A stretch of 59,696 nt of DNA from a bacterium (GCA_030649835.1 JAUSES010000058.1:1-59696), one strand, 5' to 3'. Shown: positions 25,669 through 34,617, counted from the stretch's first letter. Numbers and translations: made by a program. The notes: a model not told the origin generated them from the letters alone.

Positions 25669-25908
25669 AATTGCGGGGAAAAAGGGGTCAGGCACCTTAA
25701 CTGAGCCCGAGCTTCTTTTCTTGAAGTTCCGATGCAGTAAATCCTTGGTTTTTTGACTAAAATACGGTATGGTACACCTACGTTAGATTTTAGTTATTAG
25801 GTTTTAGGTTACAGGTTTGAGGTTTTAGGAGATACGTCTCCCTAACACCTACAACTAAAATCTGACACCCGCGCCTATGAGCCCCCTAACACCTACCAAC
25901 TATTCTAT

Positions 25909-27381
25909 ATGGCCCAAGGCGAAGTTATCGTACGATTTGAGAATGTCTCGTTTGAATACGGGCACAATAAACCCATCATTGAGGATGTGTCTTTTGCTGT
26001 GCGTCGCGGAGCAAAGCTCACTCTCATGGGGCAAAATGGTGCCGGCAAGTCCACGATCTTTGGGCTTATCACAGGCGCACTCAAGCCAGAGGACGGAGAT
26101 ATTCACATCGGCAAGGGAGTCTCCATCGCTATTTCAAAACAGGTTATTCCGCGTAGCGACCTCGACCTCACGGTGCGCGCATTTTTTGAAAAGTGTTTTA
26201 CAAAAAAGATGTATGACATTGATCCCAAAATAGACGAGGTACTTGAGGTTGTAAACTTGAAAGGACACGAGAAAATGCACGAGCGTATCATCAAGTCTTT
26301 TTCTGGTGGTCAGCAGGCGCGCCTTCTTCTCGCTTCTGCGCTCATTCAAGACCCCGATGTGCTCCTTCTCGATGAGCCAACAAACAACCTAGACAAAGCA
26401 GGCATCGCGCACCTCACTGACTTTCTCAAGAAATATGAAAAGACCTGTATCGTTATTTCCCACGATGCGGATTTTCTCAACTCATTTACCGAGGGAGTCA
26501 TCTATTTAAATATTTACACACGTAAGCTAGAAAACTATGTTGGCGACTATTTTGCTGTGGTTAAACAAATCACCGCACAGATAGAGAAAGAAAATATGAA
26601 GAATGCGCAACTTGCAAAAGAGATTCAGGCAAACAAAGACAAGGCAAACTTTTTTGCGATGAAAGGAGGTCAGATGCGTATGGTTGCAAAGCGTATGCGT
26701 GAAAAAGCAGAGGAGATGGAAGAAGCAAAAGTGGATATTCGCAAGGAAGACAAAACTATTCGCACGTTTGCCATCCCCTCACAGCTCGAACTCACGGGGG
26801 AGCTTCTTCACATTTCATCATTCTCCGTTTTGAAGGATCACAAACCAGTTGAGAAAAAGATAAAACTTTCGCTCAAGAAAAAGTTTCATTTGCTTCTCGC
26901 GGGACCAAATGGAATCGGAAAGTCCACACTACTTGAGTCTATCGCCACAGGCAATGCAAAAGGCGCAAAAATTGCAGAGGGTGTACGGGTTGGATATTAT
27001 CGTCAGGATTTTTCTACGCTTGATTTCAATGACACGGTGTATCAGTCGCTCGCACGCGCAGCACAGGCGGTGGACGGCAAGCTAGATGAAGAGCGCATGC
27101 GTGCTACCGCGGCAAGCTTCCTCATTACATCCGATGTCATTTATACAAAAATCGGCAGTCTCTCCGAGGGGCAGAAAGGTCTCGTGGCATTTGCTCAGCT
27201 CGTACTTGAGAAACCAGGCCTCCTTATTTTGGACGAACCCACCAACCACATCAACTTCCGTCATTTGCCCGTAATCGCAAAAGCTCTCGACCAATACGAA
27301 GGCGCAATGATCCTCGTCTCCCACGTCCCCGAATTCGTAAAACAAATTCGCATTGACGAGGTGCTGGATTTGGATAAGTAG
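25909..27381 (+). CDS. ABC-F family ATPase (two tandem ABC domains, no TMD)
   Basis: Two Walker A sites (GQNGAGKST, GPNGIGKST), two LSGGQ-type signatures, charged linker. Confidence 0.9.
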   Translation: MAQGEVIVRFENVSFEYGHNKPIIEDVSFAVRRGAKLTLMGQNGAGKSTIFGLITGALKPEDGDIHIGKGVSIAISKQVIPRSDLDLTVRAFFEKCFTKKMYDIDPKIDEVLEVVNLKGHEKMHERIIKSFSGGQQARLLLASALIQDPDVLLLDEPTNNLDKAGIAHLTDFLKKYEKTCIVISHDADFLNSFTEGVIYLNIYTRKLENYVGDYFAVVKQITAQIEKENMKNAQLAKEIQANKDKANFFAMKGGQMRMVAKRMREKAEEMEEAKVDIRKEDKTIRTFAIPSQLELTGELLHISSFSVLKDHKPVEKKIKLSLKKKFHLLLAGPNGIGKSTLLESIATGNAKGAKIAEGVRVGYYRQDFSTLDFNDTVYQSLARAAQAVDGKLDEERMRATAASFLITSDVIYTKIGSLSEGQKGLVAFAQLVLEKPGLLILDEPTNHINFRHLPVIAKALDQYEGAMILVSHVPEFVKQIRIDEVLDLDK

Positions 27382-27399
27382 GTTATTACGAAGTGCGTG

Positions 27400-27519
27400 C
27401 TATACACGTATAATATACTATATAACTGGGTACAATATAGTCTGCGTTCGCTCGGAAATGCAAACCCCGTGTTTGTATTTCTCTCACTCACTTAAATATA
27501 GTATATTATACGTGTATAG
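27400..27519. repeat. family F3 palindrome, split copy (23-nt arms identical to the 17122 copy, about 70-74 nt insert)
   Basis: Arms at 27400..27422 and 27497..27519 are identical to the two halves of the compact palindrome. TATA at both junctions. Confidence 0.85.
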
Positions 27520-27596
27520 TACGCTTGCATCTCCACCTGCTTTTAGGTAGTCTGAATTTTAGGGTTTTTGTCAAAAATTTACAGGAGGGATTGATC

Positions 27597-28187
27597 ATGT
27601 ACTTACTCATTAATGTTGATGATATTGCTATTCTTGAAAAAGTTCGCAAGTTTCTTGGAAGGCTTGGATTATGGCTTAAGGAATTCAATGACCCAGAATA
27701 CAGGGTTGATGTGAGCGCGGAAGAAAGATCACAAGTGATTCATAGTCGTGGGTGTCGCGGAGATTTGAATCCTTCGCGCGCATGGGAAACCTGCAACTCT
27801 TTTGTCCAAGCATGGGATTTTGATAACCTAGGTCGTATTTGGCCTAAGGATAAAGCAGATATAGAAAGAACGGGAGACTCTGCACCAGAAGGCAAGGGTT
27901 GGGTAGTCGAGGATGGTAAAAAAATACGGGTCGCAGGAGAGTGTGCGGCCCCAAGAAAACTCAGTGATATTTCTTGCCCTAAATGGTGCACAAAGTACGA
28001 ACCTATGAGTGTCCCCGCCGTGATATTTGTTGCACAGCAGGTTATACAAGAGCACGAACGTCGCATTCAGGTGCTACGCAGGCAAGTTGAGTATTTGAAA
28101 ACTACAGACCTATTGTATCAGGAGGCAATCAAAACAGGGGGCGTATTTGAGTATAAGGATGGCAAATTTACCATTTCTCCTCCTTGA
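27597..28187 (+). CDS. hypothetical protein (196 aa), no recognisable family
   Basis: Strong SD (CAGGAGGG) 7 nt before ATG 27597. Followed by a hairpin terminator. Confidence 0.6.
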   Translation: MYLLINVDDIAILEKVRKFLGRLGLWLKEFNDPEYRVDVSAEERSQVIHSRGCRGDLNPSRAWETCNSFVQAWDFDNLGRIWPKDKADIERTGDSAPEGKGWVVEDGKKIRVAGECAAPRKLSDISCPKWCTKYEPMSVPAVIFVAQQVIQEHERRIQVLRRQVEYLKTTDLLYQEAIKTGGVFEYKDGKFTISPP

Positions 28188-28250
28188 ATGAATAACGACT
28201 AATATTTGAACCACGCGCGAAGTATTTTTCGCTCGTGGTTTTTCGTTTGA

Positions 28251-28368
28251 CCCCGTTAGAGGTCGCGGGTGTTTAAGTGGTGTATTGAACATTGGTATTT
28301 AAAAACAGACTTTTGTAGAATTTATTATTTAGGGAGTTTTTGGGCGGAACGCCCTACCTCTAACGGGG
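28251..28368. repeat. family F4 inverted-repeat element (CCCCGTTAGAGG ... CCTCTAACGGGG), 118-nt copy
   Basis: 12-nt perfect terminal inverted repeats. Confidence 0.8.
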
Positions 28369-28585
28369 TTTGACAGAAAAGCATAAATAGTATATACTCT
28401 CAGCATAACTTCATCTCATAGAGTTTTTGTCCCAAAAGGTTGATCTAATCTTCATCGCGTTCAAGGGCTTTCCGAGAAATTCAATTAGGAATAAGGAGGT
28501 TAGAATCTAGTCTATAAAGTCTAAAAGTCAAAAGTTTCAAAGCAGAAATGCATTTTTTGTTGCATAAGTTTTGACTTTCGACTTC

Positions 28586-28612
28586 GAATCAGCTGATTCG
28601 TGTCTTGGACAT
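28586..28612 (+). repeat. family F2 core motif copy (GAATCAGCTGATTC-GTGTCTTGGACAT)
   Basis: 27/27 identical to the reverse complement of 36417..36443. Confidence 0.85.
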
Positions 28613-28640
28613 AAACACTTTCGACTTTTAACTTAATCAT

Positions 28641-29972
28641 ATGGAACCAAAAAAAACATTTAGTAGAAGTGGGCATTCGCCACGACCAGCACGCACCGCA
28701 TCAGCTTCTCGACCACGCACCGGCTCGTATTCGTCATCGAAACCAAGAACTTCATCACACTCGGGATCATCACCACGATCTTTTTCAGCGCGTCCACCAC
28801 TCGGGCGCTCATTCAATGCATCACGTGGGGGCTCAAGTAAGGGGGGAGGAAAGCGTGGGGCACGAAAGGGTCAGCACATAGACATTTCAAAATTTATCAA
28901 CAAAACAGTCATCACTGAAGAAGCCGTAGTATTTACTCCTGAGCACATGTTCAAGGATTTTATTATTGACGAGCGCTTGAAGGCAAACATTTTGGCAAAG
29001 GGATACAATCTCCCTACTCCTATTCAAGACCGCGTGATTCCACACATTTTGCACGGACACGACCTCGTGGGTATTGCAAACACAGGTACTGGAAAAACAG
29101 CTGCGTTTCTTGTCCCCCTTATCGACAAGATAATGAAAAATCCAAAAGAAAAAGTGATTGTAATGGCACCAACACGCGAGCTTGCTCAGCAGATTGAAAT
29201 GGAGCTCAAGGGCTTTGTGAAGGGCTTCAAGATTTTTTCTGTGTGTTGCGTAGGCGGGGTGGGCATTGGTCGCCAGATTTCTGATCTTCGCTACCAGCAC
29301 AATTTCGTTATTGGCACTCCAGGGCGTATCAAGGATTTGATAGAGCGAAAGTGCATCAACCTCGCTGACTTTAAGTCAGTGGTACTCGACGAAGCAGACA
29401 GAATGCTCGACATGGGATTTATCCACGACATGCGCTACATGCTCGCACTCATGCCAAAGGAACGTCACACACTCTTTTTCTCAGCGACTCTCTCGCCAGA
29501 AATTGCAGCGCTCATCAAGGACTTCCTCAAGGAGCCAGTAATGGTTTCTGTAAAGACACAAGACACCGCAAAGAACGTGGAGCAGGATGTGGTGCGTCTC
29601 AAGGCAGGGGAGGACAAGCTCGAGGTGCTTCACGATCTTTTGATTGATCCTGAATTTAAGAAGGTAATTATTTTCGGTCGCACCAAGCACGGCGTAGAAA
29701 AGCTCACTGTAGCGCTTAGTAAAAAAGGCTTCAAGGCACAGTCTATTCACGGTGACAAAAATCAAGGACAGCGTCAGCGTGCACTTGATACATTCAAAAA
29801 AGGGATGGCACAGATTCTTGTAGCAACAGACGTTGCTGCACGTGGTTTGGACATCTCTGGTGTATCGCACGTGATCAACTACGACATCCCTGAAACCTAC
29901 GACGACTACGTACACCGCATTGGTCGTACCGGCCGCGCAGGTCAGAAGGGCAAGGCATTGACGTTTATCTAA
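28641..29972 (+). CDS. DEAD-box ATP-dependent RNA helicase with Ser/Arg/Pro-rich N-terminal extension
   Basis: Q motif, AxTGTGKT, DEAD, SAT, HRIGRTGR motifs. Confidence 0.93.
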   Translation: MEPKKTFSRSGHSPRPARTASASRPRTGSYSSSKPRTSSHSGSSPRSFSARPPLGRSFNASRGGSSKGGGKRGARKGQHIDISKFINKTVITEEAVVFTPEHMFKDFIIDERLKANILAKGYNLPTPIQDRVIPHILHGHDLVGIANTGTGKTAAFLVPLIDKIMKNPKEKVIVMAPTRELAQQIEMELKGFVKGFKIFSVCCVGGVGIGRQISDLRYQHNFVIGTPGRIKDLIERKCINLADFKSVVLDEADRMLDMGFIHDMRYMLALMPKERHTLFFSATLSPEIAALIKDFLKEPVMVSVKTQDTAKNVEQDVVRLKAGEDKLEVLHDLLIDPEFKKVIIFGRTKHGVEKLTVALSKKGFKAQSIHGDKNQGQRQRALDTFKKGMAQILVATDVAARGLDISGVSHVINYDIPETYDDYVHRIGRTGRAGQKGKALTFI

Positions 29973-29987
29973 CAAAAAGTATTAAAA

Positions 29988-30025
29988 ATGCCCAGCCTCA
30001 CCTTTGGTGAGGCTGGGCATTTTTG
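29988..30025 (+). terminator. intrinsic terminator after the helicase gene
   Basis: 15-bp stem ATGCCCAGCCTCACC/GGTGAGGCTGGGCAT followed by a T run. Confidence 0.75.
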
Positions 30026-30079
30026 TGCTACTATTCTTTGTAAGAACGCCCATTAAGGGGCGTCCTCACCAATGTAGGC

Positions 30080-30598
30080 ATGAAAATAAGTGTTATTGAA
30101 CAAGAATTTACTAAGGCGTATGACCAGTTTGCCGATGCGATCTTTCGGCACTGCGTTTTCCGCGTGTCAGATCGCGAGAAGGCAAAGGATATAACGCAGG
30201 TAAGTTTTGTCAGGCTCTACGACTATATGTCACAAGGGAAAGAAATTGAGAACCTCCGCGCGTTTTTATACCGTATCGCAAACAACCTTATCATTGACGA
30301 GTATCGCAAAAAGAAGACAGACTCGCTTGACCGTATGCGTGATGAAGAAGGGTTTGATATCGGCACGGAGTCAATGAAGGACATTGAAACAAAAGACGAA
30401 CATGGGCGCGCTGTCGCCTTACTCGAATGCCTTCCTGAAAAATATCGTGAAGCGCTCGTAATGCGACACATTGATGGACTCTCCGTAAAAGATATTGCGC
30501 ACCTCACACACGAAACAGAAAATGTCATATCGGTACGCATACACCGAGCAATAGAAAAACTCCAGAGACTTAATGTTCAAACTCCCCAACATGGATAA
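30080..30598 (+). CDS. ECF-type RNA polymerase sigma-70 family factor
   Basis: Region 2 (YRIANNLIIDEYRKKK) and region 4 HTH (LSVKDIAHLTHETENVISVRIHRAIEKL). Confidence 0.88.
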   Translation: MKISVIEQEFTKAYDQFADAIFRHCVFRVSDREKAKDITQVSFVRLYDYMSQGKEIENLRAFLYRIANNLIIDEYRKKKTDSLDRMRDEEGFDIGTESMKDIETKDEHGRAVALLECLPEKYREALVMRHIDGLSVKDIAHLTHETENVISVRIHRAIEKLQRLNVQTPQHG

Positions 30599-31577
30599 TA
30601 TTATTAAACAATTAAAAAACGGCGCAAAGCACACACGACTTTCATTTTCTGAAAAATCAGAAATGAAAAATGTGCTTCTTCAGCATGTGAGGATTCACCC
30701 CGTTAGAGGTCGCGAGGGTTCGCAGCGTGCTTCCACCTCTAATGGGGATAATCCAGCAAACACCTCAGTGTTCCAAAAGAAATCTATCCCATCACCTTTT
30801 TCAATACAGAGTTTTAGAAATACAAAAACATTACCGATTTTAGTTATCGTAGGGCTTTTGATGGGTGGCTCAGTTTCGTTTGCGGCAGAACAGACAGTTC
30901 CCGGAGATGTACTTTTTCCAGTGAAAGTTCATGTGAATGAAAGAGCCCGAGGGGCAGTAGCGATAACACCCAAGGCAAAAGCCGAGTGGGACGTGCGCCT
31001 CGTTGAACGCCGTCTTTTAGAGGTTGAAAAACTTGCTGCGGACACGAGTGCCCCATCCGAGACAAAAGCAATCGCAGAGAAAAATTTCAAAGATTATTCC
31101 GAGCGTGTGAAAAACCGCATTTCAAAATTTGAAAAGGATGATGACTCCCATGACGCCATTGAAACCGCCGGTAAGTTTTCCGAGATGCTTCGCAAACACG
31201 AGGGCAAGTTTGAAAAAAGTGATGATCCCGCAAGCCGAATTTTAAAAGAAGAAAATTTAATAGTACAAAATAGTACCACGACAGTAGATGCTTCAGATCC
31301 AGCTTTGTTGGCACCGATGTCCTTTGATGAAGATGAACAACTTAAAGAGGTGCATGAAAAGGTTCGTGAAATGAGAAATGAAACAGAAAAGAAGCAGAAG
31401 GAATTAAAAGAAAAGTATCGTAAGGAAGAAGTACAAAATATCGTTATAGAAACCTTACAGAGTAAGGAGGTGAAGCGAGCACTGAAAGAAAATACTCGTA
31501 GAGAAGAGATTCGCTCAATTTTTGAGAAAAACACAGAGAACAATAGCAAAAAATCAGACAAAACCGATGATAATTAG
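30591..31577 (+). CDS. putative anti-sigma factor / membrane-anchored charged coiled-coil protein
   Basis: Overlaps the sigma gene by 8 nt. Single TM helix (LPILVIVGLLMGG). Extracytoplasmic helical, Lys/Glu-rich region. Confidence 0.55.
   Translation: MDNIIKQLKNGAKHTRLSFSEKSEMKNVLLQHVRIHPVRGREGSQRASTSNGDNPANTSVFQKKSIPSPFSIQSFRNTKTLPILVIVGLLMGGSVSFAAEQTVPGDVLFPVKVHVNERARGAVAITPKAKAEWDVRLVERRLLEVEKLAADTSAPSETKAIAEKNFKDYSERVKNRISKFEKDDDSHDAIETAGKFSEMLRKHEGKFEKSDDPASRILKEENLIVQNSTTTVDASDPALLAPMSFDEDEQLKEVHEKVREMRNETEKKQKELKEKYRKEEVQNIVIETLQSKEVKRALKENTRREEIRSIFEKNTENNSKKSDKTDDN
30698..30747. repeat. family F4 element, 50-nt copy embedded in-frame in a CDS
   Basis: CCCCGTTAGAGG...CCTCTAATGGGG. 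Shares CCCCGTTAGAGGTCGCG with the 28251 copy. Confidence 0.75.
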
Positions 31578-31718
31578 TCCTGAAAGTTGTACACAGGGGG
31601 GTGTTTCAAAGATAATTTTATGGGAGTACAATAGTAGTAACAGGATCGTTTAATCCTGCGTTACAGTTTTTGTTAATAATAGTACAAGGTCGACGATAAT
31701 AGTAATTTTAAATTATAT

Positions 31719-31940
31719 ATGAAAGCATTACATATGATTGCGTTCATTCTTCTCATCGTGGGAGGTTTGAACTGGGGACTTGTAGGAATCAGCGCAGATT
31801 ACAACGTAGTGAATATGTTGCTCGGAGCATGGCCAGTAGTAGAGCAAGTGGTATATATCCTTGTTGGACTTTCCGCTATTTACCTTGCTGTATCACACAA
31901 GGGGGACTGCAAGGCGTGTTCCGCAGAAGGAACAATGTAG
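31719..31940 (+). CDS. DUF378-family small membrane protein
   Basis: LLIVGGLNWGLVG...VYILVGLSAIY pattern. Confidence 0.7.
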   Translation: MKALHMIAFILLIVGGLNWGLVGISADYNVVNMLLGAWPVVEQVVYILVGLSAIYLAVSHKGDCKACSAEGTM

Positions 31941-32010
31941 TTTTTGCGAAGTCTATAAAAAATACCCACAACTTTTTGTGGGTATTTTTTGTTCGTGTTA
32001 AAGTAGATAG

Positions 32011-33006
32011 ATGAAAAAGCTTCTCGTAATTTTTTTGCTATGTATTGGAGGGCACACAGTGGCCTTCGCAGAGGAGGCTCCGATAAAAAATGCTGGCTTC
32101 GTGCCAGCGAACATTTGGTACTCAAAGGATCCATTTTTTGCAGGGGAGAAAATTCGTATTTATACGATTATTTTTAATGGTAGTAGTTATGACCTAGAGG
32201 GGACGGTTGAATTTTTAGATAATGGGTCACTTGTGGGGAAGAGCAGTTTCTCTCTTTCCGGTGGTGGGCGTGTGCGCGATGTGTGGGTGGACTGGAAAGC
32301 AAAAGAGGGGAAACATACGATGACCGCACGCATCACGGGTGCTACGGCATCTGTCTCGGGTGGTGTGAAGCGTGCTATAACTCTCGATAATACTGAGACA
32401 GGAAAGAGCGAAAGAGATGTTGACCTTGATATCGATGGCGACGGTGTGGGTAACAAAGAAGACCTTGATGACGATAATGACAGCGTACCTGATGTGGAAG
32501 AACTTCAAAATAGCACTAATCCCCTCAAAAAGGACAGCGACGGTAACGGCATTTCTGACGGTAAGGAGCTTGAGATTGCATTAAAGCAAAAGGTTGAAGC
32601 GGAGAAAATTTTAGCAACCGAAAAAACTGATCCAAAAACTATTTTGGGCACTATAAAAAAAGTTGAGGATAGTATTCCTGCCCCAGTGAAAGCAGGCGCT
32701 TTCGCAGGTGCAAATGTGCTCGAGCGCTTGAGATTGAGCGAGGGATACCAAGTGAGACTCGCAAAAGAAGAGAAAGCGCGAGAAATTGAGGCGATGAAGT
32801 CAGCGGTGCCGATAGCTCAAAAAGAAAATGGAAGCGTGCTCGGCACAGTCACCAACACCGCAGAGAAACCATTTGCGTACATAGTTCTCTGGGTGCTCAC
32901 GCTCATTCAATATTTTTTCGAATGGCAAATCGTCTTTTATGGGGTACTATTGTATGTTTTGTATAGGATAATCAGATGGGCCGCGAGAAGAATACGAGAC
33001 AGGTAG
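32011..33006 (+). CDS. secreted protein with thrombospondin-type-3-like Asp-rich calcium-binding repeats and C-terminal TM helices
   Basis: Signal peptide. DIDGDGVGNKEDLDDDNDSVPD and DSDGNGISDGKE repeats. Confidence 0.55.
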   Translation: MKKLLVIFLLCIGGHTVAFAEEAPIKNAGFVPANIWYSKDPFFAGEKIRIYTIIFNGSSYDLEGTVEFLDNGSLVGKSSFSLSGGGRVRDVWVDWKAKEGKHTMTARITGATASVSGGVKRAITLDNTETGKSERDVDLDIDGDGVGNKEDLDDDNDSVPDVEELQNSTNPLKKDSDGNGISDGKELEIALKQKVEAEKILATEKTDPKTILGTIKKVEDSIPAPVKAGAFAGANVLERLRLSEGYQVRLAKEEKAREIEAMKSAVPIAQKENGSVLGTVTNTAEKPFAYIVLWVLTLIQYFFEWQIVFYGVLLYVLYRIIRWAARRIRDR

Positions 33007-33013
33007 GGAGATT

Positions 33014-33148
33014 GGGAACGGAGGTGCACAAGGGGAACAGGAGCGCACAAAAAAACAAGAAACGCACAGTCGCGTAGCGACTGTGCGTTTCTTCGTGCAT
33101 TTTTCGTTATTCCCGTCCCGTGTGTTCCCCTTGTGCATTTTCGTTCCC
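33014..33148. repeat. family F5 long palindromic element between convergent genes, copy 1
   Basis: Central hairpin AACGCACAGTCGC-GTA-GCGACTGTGCGTT flanked by inverted TGCACAAGGGGAACA (33025..33039 / 33123..33137). Confidence 0.85.
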
Positions 33149-33151
33149 CCC

Positions 33152-34249
33152 TTACTTCTTCTCTGAATACGAGAGCGTCATCTTTTGATCCTTTGCGTCA
33201 AAGAGAGAAATGACGAACGAATAGGTTTTTCCAAGCTCAAGCTTTTTCTTGAGTGCGTCTTCGGTACCAAACTCAGACACATGCACAAGCCCCGCAATCC
33301 CTTCTTCAAGAGAAACAAGCGCGCCGTATGTGTTGAACTTGATAACGATACCAGTTACCGTATCACCTTTTTTGTAGCGCTTCTCCGCATCCTTCCAAGG
33401 GTTTTCCTTGAGTGCCTTGAGTGAGAGCGAAACTTTGCCATCTTTCACCTCGATAACCTTTACACGTACCTTCTCACCAAGCTTAAACATTTTGCGTGGA
33501 TCATCCACAAGACCCCAGCCAATTTCTGAAATATGCACAAGCCCTTCAATGCCATCCTCGAGCTTCACAAATACACCGAAGTCTACGATGCCTGAAATAG
33601 AACCATCGAGCTCATCGCTGGTAGAGTACTTTCCAGAAATTTCACGCTTCTCACGTACACCCTGCTCTTTTTCTGAGAAAATAAGCTTACCTTCTTTTGG
33701 TGATGCGCCGATGATGGTCACCGCGATGCGCTTGCCAATGAGCTTGCGTAGCTCACCTAAAATCTTGTCCTTGTCGCCGTCTTCAATACGAGGATAGTGC
33801 TCGCTTTTGAGCTGTGATGCAGGAAGGAATCCTTGGATCCCTTGCCACTCAATAATGAGCCCACCTTTGTTTGCATCCTTCACTGGAAGCTCAAGAGCCT
33901 TCTTTGACTTGATGGCCTCTTCTGCTTCAGTCCAAATAATTGCCTGACGCGCTTCTTTGAGAGAGAGCTCAATGTAGCCGTCTTCGTTGTTAGTGTCCAC
34001 TACCTTTGCGGTAATGGTGTCGCCAATGTTGAGCTTCTTGATAACATCACGTGCGCTCAAAAATTCACGTCCATAAATGATACCAGTACCGATGGGTCCT
34101 AGGTTCACATACACACATGACTTTGCGACACTAATAACCGGACCCTCAACGAGAGAGTCGTTTTCTGGCAATGTTTTTACATCTGCCATGAGGGTCGCCA
34201 TAAATGACAATGGCGCTGCAACTGCTGTTTCTTCGATTTCTTTTTTCAT
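33152..34249 (-). CDS. rpsA: 30S ribosomal protein S1 (four S1 domains)
   Basis: Repeated S1 OB-fold motifs (G.V..V...GAFV.L..G..GL.H.SE). Start at MKKEIEE (ATG at 34249). Confidence 0.9.
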   Translation of the reverse strand: MKKEIEETAVAAPLSFMATLMADVKTLPENDSLVEGPVISVAKSCVYVNLGPIGTGIIYGREFLSARDVIKKLNIGDTITAKVVDTNNEDGYIELSLKEARQAIIWTEAEEAIKSKKALELPVKDANKGGLIIEWQGIQGFLPASQLKSEHYPRIEDGDKDKILGELRKLIGKRIAVTIIGASPKEGKLIFSEKEQGVREKREISGKYSTSDELDGSISGIVDFGVFVKLEDGIEGLVHISEIGWGLVDDPRKMFKLGEKVRVKVIEVKDGKVSLSLKALKENPWKDAEKRYKKGDTVTGIVIKFNTYGALVSLEEGIAGLVHVSEFGTEDALKKKLELGKTYSFVISLFDAKDQKMTLSYSEKK

Positions 34250-34471
34250 ATAATAAATTAAAATCCCACTTGCCCGTGCACGTAAGTGCTTTGGGTCAAA
34301 CCTACGTAACTGTAGGCACAAGCGGGATGTGTGAACTTCGGGTCTCTGCGTATCGGTCGGGTCGGGGTCGCGGAGGGTTACCTCTATTCGGCTTGTTATT
34401 AACTACTTCAATATATAGGAAAACACCTAAAAAAGCAAATTTTACATAGGGTAACCCATATGTAAAAATAG

Positions 34472-34503
34472 TTATAAAAACAGGGGCTCACTTGGAGCCC
34501 CTG
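34472..34503 (-). terminator. intrinsic terminator after the micro-ORF pair
   Basis: CAGGGGCTC-loop-GAGCCCCTG followed by TTTTTAT on the minus strand. Confidence 0.7.
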
Positions 34504-34525
34504 GGTTTGTTGTTAAACTGGGAAA

Positions 34526-34588
34526 TTATCCGTCCCAGCCCTTCGAGTTGAAACTAAAAAAGTGAGGACCATCACGTGCATTGTTCAT
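34526..34588 (-). CDS. micro-ORF, 20 aa (MNNARDGPHFFSFNSKGWDG)
   Basis: AGGAGA 5 nt upstream of the ATG. Translated codon by codon. Terminator follows. Confidence 0.35.
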   Translation of the reverse strand: MNNARDGPHFFSFNSKGWDG

Positions 34589-34617
34589 GCAGGTCTCCTA
34601 GTTGGCATATTTCCGGT

